Source of the DNA: an uncultured delta proteobacterium
GTDB taxonomy: Bacteria > Desulfobacterota > Binatia > UBA9968
Reading direction: 5' to 3'
Assembly: GCA_963760795.1 (NCBI GenBank)
Contig: CAVXEP010000012.1
Coordinates: forward strand, 382,185 to 446,184
DNA: 64,000 bases
How positions within the stretch are numbered: position 1 is the first letter of the stretch; each line of letters opens with the position of its first letter. The notes beneath the pieces are model-generated. The model saw only the letters and a list, made by a program, of their open reading frames with translations, was not told where the DNA came from and did not search any database. Positions 56,991 through 64,000 of this stretch are shown here, in pieces. Position numbers and translations under genes: made by a program.

Positions 56991-58484
56991 TCAACTTGTG
57001 CTGGCAGGCGGGCGGCGATGGCGGGTCGCCTGCTCGTAGCCGTACGCGAGCCTGATCATTTGACCGTCGCTGTAAGGGCGCCCGAGAAAGCTGATTCCGG
57101 CTGGCAGCCCGTCGCGCGTGAATCCCGCGGGCACGACAATCGTCGGCACAAAGATCAAAAACGTGTTTAGGTGCGGCGCGCCGCGATGGTTCACGTGCGG
57201 CGGGTTGACACCATCCCGGATCAAGGTCGGCTGATGTTCGACGGATTTATGAACGATGGCGTCGAGCTGGTTGTCCGCCATGACCTTCAAGACGTTGGTC
57301 ATTAGCTCATCGCAGGCGATGAGGTAGGCATAGTATTTTGCCGCATCCGAAGCCGTCTGCAGCCGATTCTTTGCCCCGGGAAACACTTTGGCAAACGCCG
57401 GCGCAGCCATCGCCTCGGCACGGGACTTAAACGGCGGATGGCTATTCCGACCGTAGTAGATACTGAACGCTTCTTCTCCTGCTGTGGGATTTTCCGCGCG
57501 CTTGGCTAACAATGCATTGAGCTTAGGAATCACGATTGGGTCGACCAGTTGGGCCCCGCCGGCTTTTAGCTCGCCGACCGCGCGGTCGAAGACCGCACCG
57601 ACTTGCTTGAAATCGTCCGAATCAGGTTCAGAATTGTATCCCATCGGCTCGCGCAATATGCCGATGCGCGCGCCTCTCAGACCGTCCTTGTCGAGAAAAG
57701 TAGTAAAGCTCTCGGGAATGTGACCAACGCCCCTAGCCGTTAGCGGGTCTTCGGCATCGTAGCCAGCGATGGCGTCCAGCAGTAACGTCAGGTCTTTAAC
57801 CGTGCGGGCCATGGGTCCGAGAGTGCCGGCTTTCTGCGGCCAACCGGAATAGCTGCCGCTGCGGCTGACAACGCCGGCGGTGGTGCGCATTCCAACTATC
57901 GAGTTCCACGTTGACGGGCGGCGTATCGAGGCCAAACCTTCCTGGCCGACACCCAGAGCGGCGAGATTGGCCGACACGCTTGCCGCAGACCCGCCCGAGG
58001 AGCCGCCGACGGTGCGCTCTAAAGCATAGGGATTTTTTGTCGATCCAAACAGCGAACCATGGGTATCACCGCCACCCAGCTCACCCAGGGTCGCCTTTCC
58101 CAAGATGACTGCTCCCGCGTGGCGCATTCGTTCGACGATGAAAGCGTCTTTGTCCGGGTAGAAGTTTTTGAACAACACCGATCCCAAGGTGGTCGCCATC
58201 CCCCGAGCATCGATCTGGTCCTTGAGGATCACCGGGATGCCATGCAGCGGCCCGATCGGACCGGAGTTCCTGTAGGCGTTGTCCAGACGATCCGCTTCGG
58301 CGAGCGCTGTCGAGCTGACGGCGATGATCGAGTTAATAGCCGGGCCGGCTTTGTCCAAGGCCTCGATGCGGTCGATATAGGTTTGGACCAGCTGGCGGCA
58401 GGTTAACTGGCCGGATTTATACGCGCTGTGAATGCTGTCGATAGTTGCTTCGAGAATCTGAAATGGCGCCGTTGCTTGCCCCAT
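56991..58484 (-). CDS. Amidase signature family protein
   Basis: GPLHGIPVILKD, GGSSGGS, ASIRRP, GPMARTV. Confidence 0.92.
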   Translation of the reverse strand: MGQATAPFQILEATIDSIHSAYKSGQLTCRQLVQTYIDRIEALDKAGPAINSIIAVSSTALAEADRLDNAYRNSGPIGPLHGIPVILKDQIDARGMATTLGSVLFKNFYPDKDAFIVERMRHAGAVILGKATLGELGGGDTHGSLFGSTKNPYALERTVGGSSGGSAASVSANLAALGVGQEGLASIRRPSTWNSIVGMRTTAGVVSRSGSYSGWPQKAGTLGPMARTVKDLTLLLDAIAGYDAEDPLTARGVGHIPESFTTFLDKDGLRGARIGILREPMGYNSEPDSDDFKQVGAVFDRAVGELKAGGAQLVDPIVIPKLNALLAKRAENPTAGEEAFSIYYGRNSHPPFKSRAEAMAAPAFAKVFPGAKNRLQTASDAAKYYAYLIACDELMTNVLKVMADNQLDAIVHKSVEHQPTLIRDGVNPPHVNHRGAPHLNTFLIFVPTIVVPAGFTRDGLPAGISFLGRPYSDGQMIRLAYGYEQATRHRRPPASTS

Positions 58485-59309
58485 CCTTGGCCTCCCTAAT
58501 TTCCCGAGAAATTAATCTTGTCGAAACCATATGGCAGGCCAAAAAAGATGTCTACTACTTTGCCGCCAATTACATTTGCGCCTCTACCCAAAGCGTTTTG
58601 TCTTGTCTCATGCCTGACCCCATACCTGCATAGCGCCAGTTTAAGACGGCCAATACCATCGATAGGCTAGCCAGAGCAAATCGAGCTTGCGATTTTTGAT
58701 GTCACGCGTCTCGTATTGTCAATGATCGCATATGCATGGCGGTCACGACCCTGGGATCCTAATCAACTCTCGATTCTGAAAGACCCCATCAGGCGGTTTT
58801 TCTTTTTTTCAGTTTTGGCGTTTTTCGCATAATTCAAAGTTTGTAGCGGCTCCCATTCGAGGGCTAACCCTCTTCCCTCTCATTGGCAACCACGGACAGA
58901 AATAGGCGATAAAGCGAAGCGGTATTTCAGCGCTTCAAGGTCTGTGAGGACACTGAGACAACAGTAGTTCTCGGCAAAACTCGGACAGTACCCCGATCCT
59001 AGCACTCGATTGATGGAGAATTCAGTTCAATCCTACGTTGCTGATGAGCTAAAAAGAAAACGGCGACCCGATGTGGAGCGCCGGTACGATCTTAGATAGA
59101 ATTTCTTTGAATCTGCGCTCGCTTTTATGCGCAAACCCCGCCTGAGCGCAATCCCCACCTAACAGTCGCGCGCTTGACGGTTCGCCGGTTTGGCGATATA
59201 GCTCCGGCGACAAAGAGTATCAACACTCCCATACATACCAGGACGATGAGCGAATCCGTAGACTACGATGTCGCCCTGGGCCCACAGCGCGAAGCACGCA
59301 AAGGCGTAA

Positions 59310-60851
59310 ATGGCGCAAACTAATTCTGCAATGAAAAATCTAAAAATATTTGTAAGCTACTCACACGACGATGGCCGGATCGCAACCGCGCTGTCAAATC
59401 TCCTGCAACTGGCGTTCGGGCCGGCATTGACGGAAGTCTTTCTTGATAAAACATCTATCTCTTTTGGCGCCAACATAAAGGCGACAGTCACCGATGCCTT
59501 GAGAAACGCCGATGTGCTTATAGCGGTAAGTGCCGGCGCCCAGCCTGCAAGCGCCCTAAGCTGGCCTGGTTTCGAAATCGGCATGTTCTCCGGATACTGG
59601 GACAATGAGCACTACAAGCAAGGGCCCCACAAGGATAGAGAGAAACGCGGCGTCATGGGCCAGGTTGTTGTACTGAGTAATGAAAAAATCCCGTTAGGTC
59701 CAGAGGAAGGGCAGAGGCCTGTTAATCTGGGAATATCGGAAGATAGGCTATCTGGGGGAGAAAGCGAGGAAGAGTTAAAAAAATCCCGCACTGCTGCCGT
59801 TGTCGAAAACAGCGAGCTTCTGGAGTTTCTCCAGGATATCGAAGAACTAGTGAAGGATGAACCGGATTACGTTCAGTTCCAAAACGATCGGGACAAAACT
59901 CTTCCTGAACTCGTCCGCAATTTTAAGTTTCAGGTATTTGATGTTTTAAGAAACCGCGTTAGGAGTAGATCAAAGCCCACCAAGCAGCTGATAGTGCGGA
60001 CCAAAGGGAGAGGCTCCTCGTTGACAGACGAAACAAAGATCATTTCGGTTGCTGGGGCTAGTGAAATCTTCGGGAAAAGTGAGGGCGATCCCAGGCTTTT
60101 CAAGAAAACAGACGACGGCTTTCCCGGTAGCGAGCGTTACGAGGCAGCCTGGGGTCAATTTAAAACATCTGTCAAGGATCATCGGTATGGGGCCTATTGG
60201 TGCGGGGTCATCGAACAGGCTGTCATTGGGTCGACAGCGATCGGTGCCGAATTGGACTCGAATTTGGTGCTCATTTCTAATAGAGAGCAGCGATATCGAA
60301 TTATTGCAGCAACCGTTACCACCTACTTCAACAACGATTCGGAGGTTAGCCTTTATCTGATCGAGGCCCTTCAGAGACGTCAGGGCGGCGATGCTGAGAC
60401 CTCCAACCTGCTCAATTGTATCACCATTATATTGAGGTTCAGGTTCGCGTTTCTGGAAGGAACGAGCCCCTTTTACTGGCGAAACTTTGGTTCGTCGGCC
60501 GTTGTTGGCCCGAGGGATCTGTTGATGGAACTCGACTATCTGAAGGGCGAAGCCACAAATGCGAACCTAGAAAAGCCAGGCGCCTGGGAAGATTTTATGA
60601 GTAACGAACAGCTGACAGAAATGATGAGAGTTTGGAACGAAGTAGACATAGAATTGCGGAAAGCCTGTTGTGCCGCAATCGCGCAACGAAATGGCGTGCC
60701 GGCTACGGCAGAACTGACTGAAAAGATTGTTATACAGCTAAAGAAGATGTTTGATGAAGTAAAGCCATTCAACACCTTTCTTGGTATTGCGATTACTCAG
60801 CAATTATTAACCATATTTCAACAGGACACCACCAAACCAGTTCACACCTAA
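59310..60851 (+). CDS. TIR-domain protein with long uncharacterised C-terminus
   Basis: KIFVSYSHDD, VFLD..SI..G, AL..AD.LI.V, SWPGFEIG (conserved Glu); start uncertain. Confidence 0.8.
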   Translation: MAQTNSAMKNLKIFVSYSHDDGRIATALSNLLQLAFGPALTEVFLDKTSISFGANIKATVTDALRNADVLIAVSAGAQPASALSWPGFEIGMFSGYWDNEHYKQGPHKDREKRGVMGQVVVLSNEKIPLGPEEGQRPVNLGISEDRLSGGESEEELKKSRTAAVVENSELLEFLQDIEELVKDEPDYVQFQNDRDKTLPELVRNFKFQVFDVLRNRVRSRSKPTKQLIVRTKGRGSSLTDETKIISVAGASEIFGKSEGDPRLFKKTDDGFPGSERYEAAWGQFKTSVKDHRYGAYWCGVIEQAVIGSTAIGAELDSNLVLISNREQRYRIIAATVTTYFNNDSEVSLYLIEALQRRQGGDAETSNLLNCITIILRFRFAFLEGTSPFYWRNFGSSAVVGPRDLLMELDYLKGEATNANLEKPGAWEDFMSNEQLTEMMRVWNEVDIELRKACCAAIAQRNGVPATAELTEKIVIQLKKMFDEVKPFNTFLGIAITQQLLTIFQQDTTKPVHT

Positions 60852-61122
60852 ACTCGTCGCAGAACAGCCGTCTTCGGACAATGACGGTCGCGGGTTGTAT
60901 GTCGCGACTTTCAAGAACACTCGCGATGTCTTCGAGACGAAAGCCCGCGCGATTCGGCAACGAATTTCTTAGCTGCAAAGGAAGTTTTTTCAATTCGAAT
61001 GGTCATCGAACAACTGCACCCGATAGAAGCGTCGCGCGGGAACGAATCCTGGACCAATGTTTGTAGTCTTTCTCTCGCGTGGAGATTTCTATGTGAATCG
61101 CCAGCTCTATCGCGGCAGACGA

Positions 61123-61635
61123 TTATAGGATGATGCTCACCGCTCCGTGCTCCCTCAGCGCTTCCATGTCGAGAACGGCCTTCCTGTGGTGGATCTTCAA
61201 CTCTCCGTCCACCTGTTTCAGTCTATGCTCGTACCAACCCACATAGGGGCTCGATTCCGCCATGCGGAAACGGTAGACGAGGAACGAGGAAGTCACGACG
61301 ATGCCACCATCCTCTACTTTGATGCGCAGATTGGAAATGAAATGCCGGGTGCGCGACGAAGGATATTCCCGGTGACCGTGGCGGCTCTTCAGTCTTTCGA
61401 CGCGGGCGCGCAGCCGCACCATGTCGTCGTCGATAAAAACTAAATCCTTCTGGGGATCGCCATCCGGCAGATCCGTGGTCGGGACGAAATATCTGCCATC
61501 GGCGGTGAAAAGCGCCAACCACTCATCCAGCCGCCAGGCGTCCAGAAGAGCTGCCTCGCGGTAAAGAAACTCCTCCACCGTCTCGCGCAAAGTGGGTGCG
61601 CTGCCCTGATTTCCGGTGAAGCTTGCTTCCGGCAT
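61123..61635 (-). CDS. Aromatic-ring-hydroxylating dioxygenase beta subunit
   Basis: VEEFLYREAALLD.W.LDEWL.LF, R..RL, P.SRTRHFISN. Confidence 0.93.
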   Translation of the reverse strand: MPEASFTGNQGSAPTLRETVEEFLYREAALLDAWRLDEWLALFTADGRYFVPTTDLPDGDPQKDLVFIDDDMVRLRARVERLKSRHGHREYPSSRTRHFISNLRIKVEDGGIVVTSSFLVYRFRMAESSPYVGWYEHRLKQVDGELKIHHRKAVLDMEALREHGAVSIIL

Positions 61636-61649
61636 GATTGCTCCCGTAG

Positions 61650-62957
61650 TTAGCGGGCGAGCGCCGCCCTCTCCCTGATCACCGGATCGTTTGTTTCAAC
61701 CGTCCCCAGGCCCGACATGTGGCCGAACCACTGGCGCCAGAACGCGCGGAGCTGAAGCTCGTCCTCGGCGATCGCTTCCCGGTGCATGCCTCTGGATAGT
61801 TCGGACCATTCGACGCCCTCGGCTTTATAGCCCGCTTGACAGGATTCGATCGCTTCGACGTCGTCGGGTGTCGCGAATCCCCCCGGCCCATGGAAAGTAA
61901 GAAAATTGTCGAGCCGCCGCGCGAGGAGTTCGGGCTTCTCTTCCTTGGGGGCGAGCTGCCAGGCGGTCACGTCCATTAGGTCCGGAGCCAAAGGCCAGAA
62001 TATTCTTACGGTGATGTCGATGGAATCGATGATGAGGAGATTAGGATAAACCAGGAGGTTGCGGCTGATATCGGCCATATGCCGAGCCCTTTGCTCGCCG
62101 AACTTCCGCACCAGTCCGGCGCGGATTGCAGCGATTTCGTCTTTGTTCTCTTCGCCGAAGAGCGGGCTCCAGCGAGCGATGGGCCGGCCCCTGATGCCGT
62201 CGTGTTCCTCCACTGCATGACCGTTGCCGAGCACCAGCGCTGGCCGGCTGAATGCGGTCTGCACGCCGCTGGTGTTGATGCCCAGGCTGTTTACATATTC
62301 GAAGTAGGTCTTGTGCGTCGGCCTGACGTGGTATCCGTCCAGGCTGTTCTCGACCAGCAGCTTCCAGTTGGCCTTGATCGAGTAGCGGTTGGAGCCCGGG
62401 ACGATCCGCATGCCTTTTTCGGCCTGATCGACGATCAGGTCCAGATACTCCCGCGCGCCCGCGAGATAAGTCACGAGCTCTTCGACATCCGAATTGAAGC
62501 TGACAAAGACAAAACCGCGGTAGCTTTCCACGCGCGGCGGCGGCTTGAGACCCATCGCAGTTCGGTCGAAACTGGCCGGGTAGCCGGCCTCGTCCGGCAC
62601 GCCGACGAGGTCGCCGTGATTGTTGAAGCTCCAGGCATGATAGAAGCACTGCAAAACGTCGGCATGCCCCCGGTCGTGCCGGCAAATCAGCGCGCCTCGG
62701 TGCGTGCATGTGTTCAGAAAAACCCGCAGCTTGCCATCGCTGCCGCGGATGAAGAAAAGCGGTCGCCCCGCTACGTTGCGGCGCCGGTAGTCGCCCGGGT
62801 TTTCGACTTCGGATTCGTGGCACAAATACAGCCAGCATTTGTTGAAGATTCGCTCCTGCTCCATCCGAAGAACTTCGAGCGACGTCATGGCGGAGCGATG
62901 GACTCGAAATACGCCTTCGTCCGGATTGTCTAGGATCAGATTTTTAGGGTCGAACAT
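61650..62957 (-). CDS. Rieske aromatic dioxygenase alpha subunit (cumate/benzoate-type)
   Basis: NTCTHRG...CFYHAW, NWKL..EN..DGYH...TH, PDD.E. Confidence 0.95.
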   Translation of the reverse strand: MFDPKNLILDNPDEGVFRVHRSAMTSLEVLRMEQERIFNKCWLYLCHESEVENPGDYRRRNVAGRPLFFIRGSDGKLRVFLNTCTHRGALICRHDRGHADVLQCFYHAWSFNNHGDLVGVPDEAGYPASFDRTAMGLKPPPRVESYRGFVFVSFNSDVEELVTYLAGAREYLDLIVDQAEKGMRIVPGSNRYSIKANWKLLVENSLDGYHVRPTHKTYFEYVNSLGINTSGVQTAFSRPALVLGNGHAVEEHDGIRGRPIARWSPLFGEENKDEIAAIRAGLVRKFGEQRARHMADISRNLLVYPNLLIIDSIDITVRIFWPLAPDLMDVTAWQLAPKEEKPELLARRLDNFLTFHGPGGFATPDDVEAIESCQAGYKAEGVEWSELSRGMHREAIAEDELQLRAFWRQWFGHMSGLGTVETNDPVIRERAALAR

Positions 62958-63121
62958 CGCGCGTCCCTCGTAGATTTCCTCGAGTCACGAACACTGGGCT
63001 GAAACAGAGTCTTATCCTATTCTACGGCACAGCGTCGTGGCAAGGACGGTTTGGTTCGCTTCACGCCTTAACGCCTTTGCGGGAGACATTCCGGTGTCCG
63101 CGGGTGCCGTTCATCCACTCC

Positions 63122-64000
63122 TCACTCCACGTCCGCTGCGAACAACTCGTCAGGACTGACGATACGGGGCGAGAGACCCTGTTCGTAGACATACCGGCCA
63201 ATAGCCTCCAGCGCCGGCCGGTTAGGCTCCAACCCGTACGCCCAGAAATCCTTCCCCATGACCCGCCAGGTCTCTTCGATGTGATGGATCAACCAGGGGA
63301 GCGAAAGGCGCAGCGCGTCCGTGTCGTAGAGTCCGTCGATTGCCAGATCGCGAGCTTCGCAGAAAGCCCGATAAATGCTCCGCGCCGCCCATGGGTGCTC
63401 GCGATAAATATCCTGGCGGAGCACCACCGTATGCATGATCGGGAAGATGCCGGTGCGGCGATAATAGTCCTGCTCGACCTCATAGTAGTTCGGAAAGAGG
63501 CGCGCTATGCGAGGCGAGCCCTTGTCAAAGATGGACGGGATAAAGATCGCCAGCAACGCGTCGAGTTCGCCGCTCTCCAGCATGCCCTCCAGTGTCCGGT
63601 CCGCCGGCAGAAACTCGACCTTGACTTTGTCCGGCAGCTGCAACGGAATCAGCGGTCGCTGGGTCGGCGTTGTCAATCCGCCGATGAACCAGTGAATATC
63701 CTCCATTGCCACATCGTACTCGTGATGCAGCATCCCATTCATGAAAACGGCGGCGGTCGAACCGAGCTGCGTAGTTCCCACCCGTTTGCCCCGAAGGTCC
63801 TGAGGTATTCTGATACCCGCACCGGTCCGTATGTAAATGCACGAGTGGCGGAAGATCTTGGATAACGCGACAGGCACCGCAACGAAAGGGCAAGTGCCGC
63901 GGCCCTTCAAGCTCGCGTAGGAAGCGAGCGATAGCTCGGAAACCTCGAACTCTTTGTGCTCCAGCATTCGCGGAAAGGTCTCGCGCGGACGCAAGACCTT
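63122..64000 (-). CDS. 4,5-dihydroxyphthalate-decarboxylase-like protein (5' end beyond window)
   Basis: EFEVSELSL..Y, FRHS.I, DYYRRTGIFPIMHTVV, LPW, DFWAYG.EPN. Confidence 0.85.
   Translation of the reverse strand, partial: KVLRPRETFPRMLEHKEFEVSELSLASYASLKGRGTCPFVAVPVALSKIFRHSCIYIRTGAGIRIPQDLRGKRVGTTQLGSTAAVFMNGMLHHEYDVAMEDIHWFIGGLTTPTQRPLIPLQLPDKVKVEFLPADRTLEGMLESGELDALLAIFIPSIFDKGSPRIARLFPNYYEVEQDYYRRTGIFPIMHTVVLRQDIYREHPWAARSIYRAFCEARDLAIDGLYDTDALRLSLPWLIHHIEETWRVMGKDFWAYGLEPNRPALEAIGRYVYEQGLSPRIVSPDELFAADVE

Noticed and set aside
5950-60851. SLOG-like and TIR genes as one Thoeris-like system
   Set aside because: More than 50 kb apart, and the SLOG-like protein has no effector domain

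Overview
Bacterial genomic DNA of moderately high GC. The many stand-alone NMT1/SsuA- and Bug-type substrate-binding proteins and the CoA-transferase clusters suggest Candidatus Binatia or a related deltaproteobacterial lineage (inference only). The window has three zones. (1) About 1-12 kb: a general-stress/envelope island (MlaC, receiver proteins, glycine zipper, two BON proteins, CsbD, RlpA, DUF3185, Fe/Mn SOD) with sigma-54-type promoters and many decayed genes, some apparently broken by short microhomology deletions. (2) About 12-38 kb: minus-strand catabolic clusters (family III CoA-transferases, MaoC pair, thiolase-like + DUF35, enoyl-CoA hydratase, two degenerate cyclase-fold genes, two DUF3891 paralogues flanking a Mo-hydroxylase and an amidohydrolase, a ComDE-like TPP decarboxylase) with many orphan binding proteins. 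(3) About 39-64 kb: an accessory patchwork (toxin-antitoxin remnants, mobile mystery A/B, a MITE, REP-like doublets, attC-like remnants, a TIR-domain protein, amidase, Rieske dioxygenase). The best novel-system candidate is a two-gene, split and minimised copper-amine-oxidase-like system with a sigma-54-type promoter (47903-49470). It keeps the three Cu histidines and the cofactor tyrosine but has S-Y-R in place of the canonical N-Y-D/E topaquinone motif. Several single-base frameshifts in short runs look like assembly errors. No rRNA, tRNA or CRISPR array was seen. All family calls come from motif recognition by eye, not database searches.
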